64,000 nucleotides of DNA, taken from the IMG/VR virus record IMGVR_UViG_3300042305_002533, positions 32,001 to 96,000 of that record, one strand, 5' to 3'. The position numbers were made by a program, and so were the translations under genes. Positions 1-10,900 of the stretch are shown one piece after another (within the stretch, counting starts at the first letter, position 1; each line of letters starts with the position of its first letter). Under the pieces are notes generated by a model. It searched no databases and was not told where the DNA came from. It saw only the letters and a program-made list of their open reading frames with translations. Origin of the DNA: a virus.

Positions 1-3000
1 GACCCTAACTCGCCCGCACAACCCATCAAAGCCCCATATGAGCTTGTTTATAACGTAATCAAAGGCGTCATCAGTTCAGAAGTGCCTAACAACCGGCACG
101 CCATTCCGATGATGAACTTCTTTGCACGGCATATTCGAAAGACGCGCCTGCAAAACCGATTTGTGCGGTTACCGTTCCTTGAAGACCCCGAGGCGCTCGG
201 CGAAGAGCAGGGCGTGTTCCCCATCTTCAAGGCTGCCCGGAATGCCGAAGCGTTGAACGCGATGCAGCGCCAGGTGTCGGCGCAGACTGGAGAGTCCGGG
301 CCAGTTTGGAACATGCTGCAGCAAATCCTCTCCATGGTTTACATGGAGATCGCCATGATCCCCAATCCAGCGGCGGTGCTCGTAGAGCTCAACACCGCTG
401 CTGCGGGCCCGCGCCAGGATGGAAAGATCATCGGCGTTTTGAGCAATAATTCTCCGGTGCAAACGACGCCTACGACTTCTGCATCCGGCGCGTCGCCCGG
501 TATAGTCGCTGGAAGTGCGCAAGACACGCGCACCGCCTTGGAGATTTTACGGGGTACGACGCCGGCGAGCCCCACGGTAACGCCCACCGCCGCTCCCGCT
601 GCCCCAGCGCCCGCGCCGGCCGCAGACGCCGCAACAACGGGAACCCCCGCCTCAACGTCGGCCGAGGGGGGCGCCCCGCCCACGCCCCCATTTCAAGGCA
701 TTAATCCAAATACCCCCATTCGTCTCGCGCAGTATTTCGTAAAGCCTCAGTTCCTCTTTGCTGTTCCGCCACATTGCAACGTCATCTTTCCCTCGATGGT
801 CGATGCATGGACATACGATGAGCCGTATCTGACGCAACCTACGCGCGTGTATGTCAACGACTCCGTGATGACGCAGGCGCTTCGCGCTAACGGGCCTAAC
901 CGCCACTTTATTCTGCACGCGCTAACTGTCGCCTTCCCGGAAGAGGCAGACGCGTTGATGCACCATAAAGCTGGCGGCGACACCAACACAGAAACCACAC
1001 AGGCTACTGCCGGAAATCTTGAGTCTGGCAAGAACCTGTTGATCTGGCCTGAAGAGTATTACAAGGGGCCTGTCACCGAGAAACTGGACCTCCCGCCGTG
1101 GTTTCAGATGCTGCGGCAGTTTGCCAACTCGCAGCCTGCGCCCGGAACTCCAGGAGCTACGGCGCCCGGAACGACAAGCCCAGCAGCAGGGGGTGCTGGA
1201 AGCCCCACGGGCGGCGGGCCCGCGACGCCAACGCCCTTGGCGCCTGGAACGGGCGTTGTCATCCCCCCGACCATTACAGAGGCGCGGCGCGGCAATCCGA
1301 TTGGGCGGCAAGAAGCTCAGGAAAATTTTGCTTATCGGTGGCGCATGACTCCGGAAACTCAGCGGATTGGGGATACCAAACGCGTACAGGTCGATGGGAG
1401 TGCGACCTTTGGCGAGTTGGGGGAGCCTGTAAACGGGCGATACCAGTGGGAACCCGGCGACGCTTTAAAGGTGTTGGCCGCGCATTTGATTGAAAGGTTT
1501 CCCAACGCCTTTGATCACGGCGGTTACAAGCGCCCATTTGCCAGGCAGCCAACTGCCCCTCAACCGCCAAGAAAACGGGTAGGCGACATGCACATTCAAG
1601 GCCGCGCTATCGACATGATGTGCAAGCGGAAAGTTAATCCGCCCGGTACTCGGTTGCGCGGCATGCCCGATCTAGAAAACGTTAACCCCGCCGCTGAATA
1701 TCTTGTTCAAAACGCCGACGTTTTTGGAGTACAGTTAGTTGTCTGGGCCCGCTCTGAATGGTCCGCAAGAGGTGCGCCCGGGCGTAGGTACGCGCATTAC
1801 ACAAATGACCCTCAAAGAGAGAGCATGGACCATTTTGACCATATCCACCTTGACTTAAATTTGGCGGGGGCGCGGGGTGAATTACCTTTTTACCAAAATA
1901 ACCGACATCTCCTTCCTGTGCGACAACGTCGCCCACAACGCCGCAATGGCCAGGAGCCCGTAGCGCCTACAGGGCCGCGCCCGCTTCCAGTATTGCGCCC
2001 GCCGCGTCGGCCAGGAGAAAGCACTTCAACCCCGACGCGACCGGCGACGACGCCCGCCCCAGGAACCGCAACGGACGCGGCCAATAGGACCGTCGCCACA
2101 CAACCGGCCTACACGCCGGGGACGCCTGCGCCTGCGCAGAATGCCCCGGCTTCGCCCATACCGGCAACTCAAGCGCCTACCGCCGTAGACGCCGAAACGC
2201 TTGAGCGCTCTGCTGACTCTTTTCAGCAACTCTTCCGGCTGTACGCACAATACGAATTTTTACGCCGAAGGTATATGCAGCGGCAAGCTGCAGTTCAGAT
2301 GAAATTCAATCCGTACATCGTGCCCGGGTTTCCGTCGATGCTCTTTGACTCAATGCGAACCCGCTTCCACATGGTCGGCTACATCCAGGCTGTCTCACAC
2401 TCGGCGAGCGCTGCGGGCGGAGGCAACATCTCAACCTCGGTGCAGATGACGTGCTGCCGGACCTTGCCCGAATTCATCAACGACGTGCGTGCTGACGCTG
2501 AGCGTTTTCGTAGCCGGGTAACCGCTGCGCCTGCGGAAATTATTGACCAGATCCGCGAGCGCATGCAGGACGAGGACAACGCCGAAGCGTTTTACCGCCG
2601 CCTCTTTTATGGCAACGGCCCCCGCGCCGGCAACGCGCCTACAGCTTTCCGTTGGACGGAGGCCATGGGCTACAGCCGAGGGCTTTTGACCGAAGACATC
2701 TATGTCCGAGGCGAATCGGTGGCGGTCACGACAGCCCGCGCGCAAACCGTACAAAATGAAGAACAGAACGAAGTGGCGGCTACGACCGCCCCGGGAAATA
2801 CAGCGCCGCCTACTAACACTTCAAACGGAACGACCGCGCGCCTGCAACAAGCAGCCGCCGGCGCAAACGGCGCGTTTACTACGACGCCGCCTGGGAATGC
2901 GGCACCCACCGGCGTAGGCCTCAATTTTGATGTAAACGCCCCCAACCCCCCGGCCCAGAACACCCCGGCCCAGCAGGCAAATCGTCAGCAAGTAACGCAC

Positions 3001-3522
3001 AACCTCGACCCCAACGTAGAACTTTCACCCCGTGAAAATATCTACCAGGACGCCTTCGACCGTTATGACATTGCCATGCAGTTGGCCGCACGGCCAGCTT
3101 GTACGTTGGAGCAGTATATTCGTTTCTGGCACGGCGGCGCGGAGGTCGGCGCGCTTATTGATCGAGAAATTGTTACGGGGCCGCAGGACGCCTTCGCGTA
3201 TATCGAAGTAAAACAAGAAGAAGTTATCAAGAGCGTGATCGGCGTTAACGGCTCTGCCGAATACCTGCGAGGTATGGTCTCGCATAAGGTGGCGCTCTAC
3301 TACGACCGCATCTTCAAACTACGCCCCGGGCCCGGCACCGGAACCGGCCGCCTCACAGGGCCTACTGAGGCCGAGCGCGGATATACCGACCCGCCGTCGG
3401 TCAGGCCCTCTACGCAGCATTCTGGGGTCGCCGCTGATTATCCTCAAACGCGTGCGGACTGGGATACGATCCTGATCACGTACCGAAACAAAGTGCGAAC
3501 GCTTCTGAGGCCGACAGTATGA
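1..3522 (+). CDS. Large tail/baseplate hub-like protein (5'-partial) with an inserted peptidase M15-like Zn domain
   Basis: Frame is open from position 1. Contains HIQGRAID (H-x6-D) and DHFDHIHL (H-x-H) motifs between Pro/Ala/Thr-rich linkers. Lies upstream of baseplate genes. Hub assignment is contextual. Confidence 0.6.
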   Translation, partial: DPNSPAQPIKAPYELVYNVIKGVISSEVPNNRHAIPMMNFFARHIRKTRLQNRFVRLPFLEDPEALGEEQGVFPIFKAARNAEALNAMQRQVSAQTGESGPVWNMLQQILSMVYMEIAMIPNPAAVLVELNTAAAGPRQDGKIIGVLSNNSPVQTTPTTSASGASPGIVAGSAQDTRTALEILRGTTPASPTVTPTAAPAAPAPAPAADAATTGTPASTSAEGGAPPTPPFQGINPNTPIRLAQYFVKPQFLFAVPPHCNVIFPSMVDAWTYDEPYLTQPTRVYVNDSVMTQALRANGPNRHFILHALTVAFPEEADALMHHKAGGDTNTETTQATAGNLESGKNLLIWPEEYYKGPVTEKLDLPPWFQMLRQFANSQPAPGTPGATAPGTTSPAAGGAGSPTGGGPATPTPLAPGTGVVIPPTITEARRGNPIGRQEAQENFAYRWRMTPETQRIGDTKRVQVDGSATFGELGEPVNGRYQWEPGDALKVLAAHLIERFPNAFDHGGYKRPFARQPTAPQPPRKRVGDMHIQGRAIDMMCKRKVNPPGTRLRGMPDLENVNPAAEYLVQNADVFGVQLVVWARSEWSARGAPGRRYAHYTNDPQRESMDHFDHIHLDLNLAGARGELPFYQNNRHLLPVRQRRPQRRNGQEPVAPTGPRPLPVLRPPRRPGESTSTPTRPATTPAPGTATDAANRTVATQPAYTPGTPAPAQNAPASPIPATQAPTAVDAETLERSADSFQQLFRLYAQYEFLRRRYMQRQAAVQMKFNPYIVPGFPSMLFDSMRTRFHMVGYIQAVSHSASAAGGGNISTSVQMTCCRTLPEFINDVRADAERFRSRVTAAPAEIIDQIRERMQDEDNAEAFYRRLFYGNGPRAGNAPTAFRWTEAMGYSRGLLTEDIYVRGESVAVTTARAQTVQNEEQNEVAATTAPGNTAPPTNTSNGTTARLQQAAAGANGAFTTTPPGNAAPTGVGLNFDVNAPNPPAQNTPAQQANRQQVTHNLDPNVELSPRENIYQDAFDRYDIAMQLAARPACTLEQYIRFWHGGAEVGALIDREIVTGPQDAFAYIEVKQEEVIKSVIGVNGSAEYLRGMVSHKVALYYDRIFKLRPGPGTGTGRLTGPTEAERGYTDPPSVRPSTQHSGVAADYPQTRADWDTILITYRNKVRTLLRPTV

Positions 3523-4217
3523 CCCCGGCAAAATCCCTCGACCTTGAACTTTGGCGGGCATGGAAACAGATGCCGACGCCTCAGAACCTGGAGGCGCTGA
3601 TCAAACAGCTAAACCCGGTGCTGCAGCGCGAGATGATGCGGTGGTCCGGCATTGTCCCAAAGTACGTGCTGGAGAACGAAGCAAAAAAGCTCGCCATCAA
3701 AGCGTGCGAAACCTACAACCCCAACGCGGGGGCCGCTTTAGCGACGCACGTCACCAACCAGCTTCAAAAGTTGTCCCGCATCGCATACCAACGTCAAAGT
3801 TCGATGCTTGTGCCTGAGCAGCAGCGCTTGACGTTCAACCGCTACAACGCGGCCATGCGCCACCTTGAAGACCTGAACGGTCGCAAACCGACAATTAATG
3901 ACGTCGCAGACTATTTGGCCATCAAGCCAAAAGCGCTACAGAAGATCGTTGAGAACGTTGGGCGGCAGGAACTGATTGAATCCGGCGAAGGGCCGCAGTT
4001 CATTCAACACGCCGAGAGCGACGTGATTGATCTGGCCTACGGCGATATGACGCCGATGCAGAAGAAGATCTTCGAGATGCGTACGGGGTACAATCACACC
4101 CCGATCGCCAAGAGCGCCAAGGAGATCATGAAGGCGCTCAATATTACGCAGAGCCAGTTGAGCTACCAATTATCCGCCATCAAGACTTTGCTAGAGCGGG
4201 CGCAGAGACTACGCTAG
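3519..4217 (+). CDS. Phage sigma-factor-like protein (sigma70 family, FliA/WhiG-like size)
   Basis: Region 2-like AIKACETYNPNAGAALATHV, region 3-like LNGRKPTINDVADYL, C-terminal region 4-like HTH (MTPMQKKIF...SAKEIMKALNITQSQLS). Confidence 0.7.
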   Translation: MTPAKSLDLELWRAWKQMPTPQNLEALIKQLNPVLQREMMRWSGIVPKYVLENEAKKLAIKACETYNPNAGAALATHVTNQLQKLSRIAYQRQSSMLVPEQQRLTFNRYNAAMRHLEDLNGRKPTINDVADYLAIKPKALQKIVENVGRQELIESGEGPQFIQHAESDVIDLAYGDMTPMQKKIFEMRTGYNHTPIAKSAKEIMKALNITQSQLSYQLSAIKTLLERAQRLR

Positions 4218-4221
4218 GCGC

Positions 4222-5496
4222 ATGACTTCCGCTTCGGAACTTCTGTCGCAATCTTTAACTCAGCTATCCGCCGCGCAACGCCGCGCTCAAGCGCAATACC
4301 TCAACGCTCAAGCGTTCCCAGGGCAAAGCGGGCCGCCTCGGCGGTTCATGAGTGACATAGGGTTTCTTTCGGCGAGTGGGTTTGCTTATTTGGAGGCAAA
4401 TCAAGCGAATTACTACTACGACGACACGGAGGGGCCTCGCGATATTTTACAAATTGTCTTGATCCCCTACGGCGTCGAGGCGGACCTTCAACGGCTAACG
4501 TCTTCAGCGCCCCGAGATCGCATTACGCACGCGATAGGGGCCGGTACAGGCGGCGTCGCGCCGCATCCGGAAGACGATCGTTTCTTAATCGCGGGCACCC
4601 TTAACGCGGACCTTTATTCCGAAGCAAAGCAATCCCTCGCTGTTCGACGAATAACGTCTCGAACCGGCCCCGCCACGCACTTCATTGTCAACCGCCTCGG
4701 CGGCGTGTCGGTCGGCCCAAGCGTAGACGCCCTTACTAGCGCCGTCCCCGATTTCTCAGACACGGCCGTGTTTGTGGCAGTCGAATCCGCTTTGATGATC
4801 TTGGCGGCCGACCACGCGCAACGCCGATTCGATCGAATCTTAGAGCAGCCCCTGACCGGCCGTCAGGTGGTTCAGCTAGCGGTCCTGCTTCAAAAACTCT
4901 TCACCGCCCTTGGGTCTAATTTCCCACGTGCATTTCCGCCAAATTTAACGCCCGCCCAGTCAGGGCTGCGTTACCAATTTCCATCTGAATTGCGGCAGTT
5001 GACCGCAGGCAATTTTATCGACACGCCGCCAACTCAGCCCGTAGAAAACCCCCGAATTTCGTACGCGTTCACCACCCCGGCAAACTTCTTCAATACTGTA
5101 TCGTTGCAAGGCCCTTACCAGCTCGCTACGGATATCTGGCGCCCCTTTGCAGCGCCAACGCCGCTTAGCACTCGCGAAGAAGCGCGCTCGGCCATGGCCC
5201 AGCTGAACACTGCCGGAGAAGAGACGGCGCTGATGGGCAACTACGCCACTGTGGCCGCCGGAGATCGCTCGACGGAAATGCAAACGGTCATCCGCAGTCA
5301 GGTGTTTGTGCAGCGGCAGCGCGTGGCGCAACAGGCTGAAGAAACCGCAGCAAATCAATCCGCCGATGCCGCCGCAGCTTCGACGACGAACCGCCTGCCG
5401 GACGAGAACGTGCTTCAGACCGACCCGCACTCCTATGATTTCAGCACCGGCCTTTGGGGCGCTCCCGACCCCGTGCTCGGCACCAGAAACGTCTAG
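4222..5496 (+). CDS. Tail-associated protein with degenerate N-acetylmuramoyl-L-alanine amidase (Amidase_2)-like segment
   Basis: ATHFIVNRLGGV resembles SAHY-x-I-x-x-DG; LTGRQVVQLAVLL resembles T-x-x-Q-x-x-x-L; Zn-ligand histidines not evident. Confidence 0.45.
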   Translation: MTSASELLSQSLTQLSAAQRRAQAQYLNAQAFPGQSGPPRRFMSDIGFLSASGFAYLEANQANYYYDDTEGPRDILQIVLIPYGVEADLQRLTSSAPRDRITHAIGAGTGGVAPHPEDDRFLIAGTLNADLYSEAKQSLAVRRITSRTGPATHFIVNRLGGVSVGPSVDALTSAVPDFSDTAVFVAVESALMILAADHAQRRFDRILEQPLTGRQVVQLAVLLQKLFTALGSNFPRAFPPNLTPAQSGLRYQFPSELRQLTAGNFIDTPPTQPVENPRISYAFTTPANFFNTVSLQGPYQLATDIWRPFAAPTPLSTREEARSAMAQLNTAGEETALMGNYATVAAGDRSTEMQTVIRSQVFVQRQRVAQQAEETAANQSADAAAASTTNRLPDENVLQTDPHSYDFSTGLWGAPDPVLGTRNV

Positions 5497-5498
5497 CC

Positions 5499-5951
5499 AT
5501 GGCACGCTACGATCTTCATATCCAGCTGGTCGACCCCAGCGAGCAGACGTTTGGCGCCAATTTCAGTTTTGGCGTAGCCAACCCCATCTTGGTGACGGGC
5601 TTTCAGGCCCTCGTAAACCGCTGGATGAAAATTTTCATGACCCCCAAAGGCTCGCACCCCGTGCGGCGCACCGAGGGGACTGAGTTCCCCTACCTGTTGG
5701 GCTCGAACGTCACAGACATCCCGTCGTTGGAAGCGACCGTGGCCGAGTACATCGACGACGCCACGCAGCAGGTTCAGGCGGTCGACCGCATGTCCCCCAA
5801 CCTGACAAACGATCAGCGCCTGCGGGCTGCGGCGCTTCTTCAATTCAACGCCGTAGACGCGTCGAGTATCGAGTTCTGGGTAGAGCTAACCAATCAAGCG
5901 AATCAGCGCATGCGAGTGCTGATCCCCTATCTGGTGACCCCAAATGGCTGA
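5499..5951 (+). CDS. Baseplate wedge protein, T4 gp25-like
   Basis: 150 aa; MTPKGSHP..TEGTEF resembles the gp25 T-x-x-G-x-x-P-x-x-G motif; directly upstream of a baseplate J-like gene. Start moved to ATG at 5499. Confidence 0.65.
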   Translation: MARYDLHIQLVDPSEQTFGANFSFGVANPILVTGFQALVNRWMKIFMTPKGSHPVRRTEGTEFPYLLGSNVTDIPSLEATVAEYIDDATQQVQAVDRMSPNLTNDQRLRAAALLQFNAVDASSIEFWVELTNQANQRMRVLIPYLVTPNG

Positions 5952-7992
5952 ATACGAGATCAACGCTACCGCTGCAGCTGAAGCGGCCGCGCTACTGCGC
6001 GACCTGCTGCAAACAGCCATTCCTGGAGGCGACTTTACGGAAGGCAGTGCCATCAGCGACTTGCTGATTGACGGGCACGCCATCATCACCGGCTTTTTAC
6101 GGCAGCAGATTCAGAACGCGCGCAATCGGCAGTCTCTGATCACGCTTCGGTATTTGCCGGAGTCCGAGAGCACGTCCGACGCGGCGGACGCGATCCTGGA
6201 CAACTTTTTCCGTACTCGGGCTCAAGGGAAGTTCGCCAAAGGCGTAGCCACACTGTATTTCAGTCAGCGTGGGGATGTGCTGATCCCCAGGACAACGCGA
6301 TTTTTCAAAAGCTCGTCTCTGGTGTTCTACATCGACAGCGGCGCCGATCTACTTATCCCCGCGACCGATCTACGTGCGGTGATCGGCCCGAATGGCGTCG
6401 TCACGGGGTACAGCACGACCGTATTCATGACTGCCGCGCGCGTAGGCGCGGACTACAACATCGCCCCCGGAAGATTTGTCTCGTTTGATCGGTTCAATCC
6501 GCTGCTCACGTACGTTGAAAATCTATCGGCGTTTAGCGGCGGTGAGTCGACACAAACAACGCAGGACTTCATTAACCGGTCAACGAGCGCGATTGCTCTG
6601 CGGGCGCTCATCAACGCCCGGTCGAACGACGCCACGCTGCTTGAACAGTTCACCGACATTGAGCGAACGCTCACGGTCGGTTATGGCGATCCAGAAATGA
6701 TGCGCGACCTTGTTGCCAACGTGAGCAACACCGTCGCCATGCACGTCGGCGGCCACATGGACATCTACGTCCGGCAGCCGGTCCAACAGGTTGTTGAACA
6801 GCTCGTCATCAATACGCTGACTCCGCGAAATGATGACGCGGTGATTATGTTCCGGCACCTGAACCGCGTGCCCACGTTCGTAGCGGCGGGCGTGGTGCCG
6901 GGGGACGTGCTGGTCATTACGTCTACGACGCCCGTGGGCAGCTTGCCGGTGTTCCAGTACGTCATCACCGCCGTAAGCGACTACCAGCTGCAGGTCTCCA
7001 CCAAGACACCATTCCCCCTTCCGACCGATGAAGCCGCTACGGCCATTTCGATTGCCTACACCGTCGGGGACAATTACCCGGATTTTGACAACAAAATTGT
7101 CGAGCTCGGCCCGTTAGCAGACGCGCGGACCTCGCGCCAGTTTTCTCAATTTAACAGCGTGATTTTACCGGCGCGCCCGACCTACATCATCAGGGGCGTT
7201 GAACTGCTGCCGCCAATCCCGCCGCAGCTAGCTGGCTACGTCGATATCACTTCGGGCGGCGTAAATTTCACGGCGCGAAAAAACGCGGCGCCCATAACCG
7301 CTCCCGTTGCCGGTGAAGAACTCGGTTATTTCATTTCGGTTCAAAATCCGACTCAAAGTCAGTCGGTAAACGCAGTCGCGACGCTTGAAGTTGGGTGGCC
7401 GGCTATTGACTTGAGCGGCCTCAGTTTACAGGTCACGTACGAGACTCCGACAAATTTTGAAGCGGTGGACGCGTACATCGGCGATCGACTGAACCGCCCG
7501 GGATGCAGTAATACTCTCGCTAAGGCGTATCACCCGATCTACCTATTTGCGAGCATCCCTTACCGGCTTCGAACCTCTCCCGCCTCTGCGTTAGAAACCA
7601 CTGTGCCCGAGTTCAACCCGCTATTGGCGGAGCAGGCGCTTCAAGAAGCCGTCAATAACTATCAGGGGGCCGACCGGCTCGACGTAAGTCTTCTGTCCAG
7701 TGCTGCGCGAGCAACCTCCACCGCCGTAGCGTCTATCTACAACTTCACCCTGACGTATCAGCTCATCATCCCGGACGGCAGTGTGATGACGTTTGAAACT
7801 CAGGATGAGATAACAATCTTCCCTGACGGGGCAACCAGCACGGCCGCACTATTGAACCCAACAGATTTTGGGCTGCCCGCGACCGGGTACTACTCAGCTT
7901 TACGGCAGTTCCTGCTCAATCAAGGCGTGTCTGATCGTGTGACGCGCTACTGCGCCTCTGACGGCGCCCTGGTCTTCGTTCAACGGAGCTGA
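5944..7992 (+). CDS. Baseplate J / T4 gp6-like wedge protein
   Basis: RTRAQGKFAKG, GADYNIAPG, VENLSAFSGGESTQT and GGHMDIYV match the typical baseplate J pattern. Confidence 0.75.
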   Translation: MAEYEINATAAAEAAALLRDLLQTAIPGGDFTEGSAISDLLIDGHAIITGFLRQQIQNARNRQSLITLRYLPESESTSDAADAILDNFFRTRAQGKFAKGVATLYFSQRGDVLIPRTTRFFKSSSLVFYIDSGADLLIPATDLRAVIGPNGVVTGYSTTVFMTAARVGADYNIAPGRFVSFDRFNPLLTYVENLSAFSGGESTQTTQDFINRSTSAIALRALINARSNDATLLEQFTDIERTLTVGYGDPEMMRDLVANVSNTVAMHVGGHMDIYVRQPVQQVVEQLVINTLTPRNDDAVIMFRHLNRVPTFVAAGVVPGDVLVITSTTPVGSLPVFQYVITAVSDYQLQVSTKTPFPLPTDEAATAISIAYTVGDNYPDFDNKIVELGPLADARTSRQFSQFNSVILPARPTYIIRGVELLPPIPPQLAGYVDITSGGVNFTARKNAAPITAPVAGEELGYFISVQNPTQSQSVNAVATLEVGWPAIDLSGLSLQVTYETPTNFEAVDAYIGDRLNRPGCSNTLAKAYHPIYLFASIPYRLRTSPASALETTVPEFNPLLAEQALQEAVNNYQGADRLDVSLLSSAARATSTAVASIYNFTLTYQLIIPDGSVMTFETQDEITIFPDGATSTAALLNPTDFGLPATGYYSALRQFLLNQGVSDRVTRYCASDGALVFVQRS

Positions 7993-7994
7993 CC

Positions 7995-10900
7995 GTGGCT
8001 GTACGCCCTGACCCATCCCTGAACTTCATCAATGCGCTTTCTGACTTTTGGATTGTCTTTTTCAAAGACACCACACAGCTTCGCGCATACTTCTCTGGCG
8101 TTGAAATCAACGTGGGGCAGCTTTACTTAGAGCTGCTAGAGACGATTCTCGGGCCAAGCCTGCGGCACGCGCCTGTATTTTCTAGAAAGTATTTCAAGCT
8201 CTTTACCGTGAGCGAGGACGCGACCTTCTACGTAGAAGGCGCCGCGCCCAGTGACGATCGCTACTTGTTTGAGCCCGCAGACGCGGACTTGCAAGCGGTC
8301 GGCGCCCTCATGAACCGCGTAGTACTTCCAACTGCAGTACTGGAAGACCAGCGGGGCTATGAGATCGGCCAGACCGGAATTCAATTTTACAACAACCCGT
8401 TTGACGTAGACGGGCTGGGAAATTCTCAGCCCTTCTTTGCCTTGCGGTCTGTCGCCAAAAGTTTTGCCGCCGATTTTCGCGACCCCGCCCGCCGAGACTT
8501 TGCGTCGACCGGGATAAAGATCGGAGACTTCTTCCGGTTGAAGGTCGGCGCCGGCAACCCGATTGCCTCTCGAATTACGGGGTATAGCGGGGACACCCTA
8601 TATCTCCAGAGCACGGCGCCTGACTTTTCTCAAAATTTGAAGTCGCGCGCCTTCAAAGTGTCGGTGCTGCGCACCCCCTTTGATGCGCAACAAAACGGCG
8701 TACAGCTGCCCGACCACCCGTCGGAAGTGCAGAGGCTCAGTTCGAATGCTACCGATGTCGCAACAGTCGTAGGGGCGCTCGACGTAGATTTGACCGGCGA
8801 GCCGTACTTTAAGGGCGCCTGGGCGCCGCTTACCGCCTACGCTCAAGGCGACGTGGTGATTGCCCCCGGGCCTACGTTGGTGCGGGCGCTTGTCACGCAC
8901 ACCTCTCCGGCCGTTTATTCTCCGGCCCCGTGGGAAGGCTTTCTGAATAAGTACCTGTCGGTTCATTTACCGACAAGCCCCGACCAGGACGGGCTATTCA
9001 AAATAGTTTCGACTGCGGGCGCAGTTATTACCCTCGACCGCCCCACCACGTTTATCTCGACCCTCTCCAATCGGGCGCGGGCCTGGCTCGTTGGCTATCC
9101 AAACGGGCTAGTGGGGGCTGGAGAAAAGCCCGCGATCCAGTTTCAACACTCGTACATCGACCCTTCGACTTTTATGTTATTTGCCCGGCGCGGGCAGCCC
9201 GTTTATGTCCGTGAGGGCAATACCTACGTAGAAAAGCCCGAAGGCGGCCTCGTTGAAGCGGGCGTTGACTATTTGATGGATTACGACGCCGGCGTGATGA
9301 CCGTGCTGAGTGGTTGGAATCCAAGCGTGGCGCCTCTAGCCGGCTACCAGTGGAGCATCGACGTCGCCACATACGTCTACGCGCCTGCAACGCCTTGGAT
9401 CACCGCAACAGCGTACGCCGTCGGCGATCAGGTGACGTACACCAACAGTTACTATGTATGCGTGACGGCAAACACCGACGTGGTTTTCACGCCGGGAAAT
9501 TGGACACTGTACACGGCGCCCTTTACGTTCAATCAAATCCACGACGTAAAAGAAATCGCCATGTGGGGCTCGGAGGTTTTAATTGACCTCCAGACGCTAT
9601 ACACAAACTTCGGATACCTGCTCGGCTATGAGCGGCCTTCGAGCGAGCAGTACCGCGCCTTTCTACAAGGAGTTGCTCAGCTCTTTGTAATTGGGCCGGT
9701 ACTCGCCCGATTTGAAAGTGCCCTCAACGTAACCTGCAATCTTCCGGTTGTACGCGACGACGGGGAGGTGCTGCGAAGTTACGACTCGGGCATCTGGGCT
9801 TCAGGGACCGATGGGCAAATTTTGGACGCGACAGATGGGCGCAACGGCACGCTGGTCACCAGCTCTTCTGAGTTTTCATCCCCAACCGCCAATTTTTTCC
9901 CCTCGGACGTCGGCGCGGTTATCCGCGTAAAGCTGGGAAACAGCTATGCCAGCTACATCGTTACCGCTGTATTGAGCGCCACAACCGCTACCGTTATTCC
10001 CGTCCCGCCAGATGCGAGCGCTGTAATCTGGAGTTATTCGCACGTGACGTTTGATCGTGTATTTCGGTCAGCGTCTTACGCATTTAGCGCAGATGATATT
10101 GACGCAATACTTCAGATATCTGGAGCGTCAAACGCCGCTAACAACGGTAGTTTTCGCATTGCTTCGGTAGAAAACGCAACAACTGTGATCTTGGACTCAC
10201 AGTTCAATTTACAAGATGAAACGTCACTGGTCTGGCGCCTGTCCCGATCGGGCGCGCAAACGGTCACAACGTCGCGAACAACGTACACGTTCCCGTTTGA
10301 AGTGAAGATAAAGCCCGCAGTAACGCAGACGTCAAATTGGAACGTTTTGAAGTTTCAGGCGTTTGATCCGCTTACCGACGCCTTCGTCGTCGCAGACTAC
10401 GTTCAAGACCCGACGTGGTGGCACGACACGGAAATTCCAAAGGAGCTGTTGTCGTTTAGCACAGGCTCCGAAGCGCGACGCCGAGTGTCATCGCTTCTGG
10501 TGGAGCATCGCGTAAACCCGTTTGACAACGCCGCTGTCAGCGACGTCGGGCTGGCCGCCGGGGTCGACGATGAAGGGCGTCCGGGAATTTCACGCGTCGG
10601 CGCAGGCGTGTGGTTCGGCCGCGATCAGGTGGGCTTGAGTTTTCCGGCCGGAGTGCCCGTGGCCAATGCTCAAGACCCTGGGCGTTACGCCCTTGTGAGC
10701 AGTCCGTTGTTTGAGGGCCAATTTGAAATCCGCGCCGTCGATACCGCCGGAACAACGCTTAGCCTTAACTCCTTCCCGCCCCCGGAGCTACGGGGCGTTG
10801 TGCCCCCGTTGCCGCTGACCGTTGAGTTGCCGCCTTTGCTTTACCGCCGAACGATTGGCTTCATCATGATGGATCGGTACTTCAAATATCACGCCTTATC

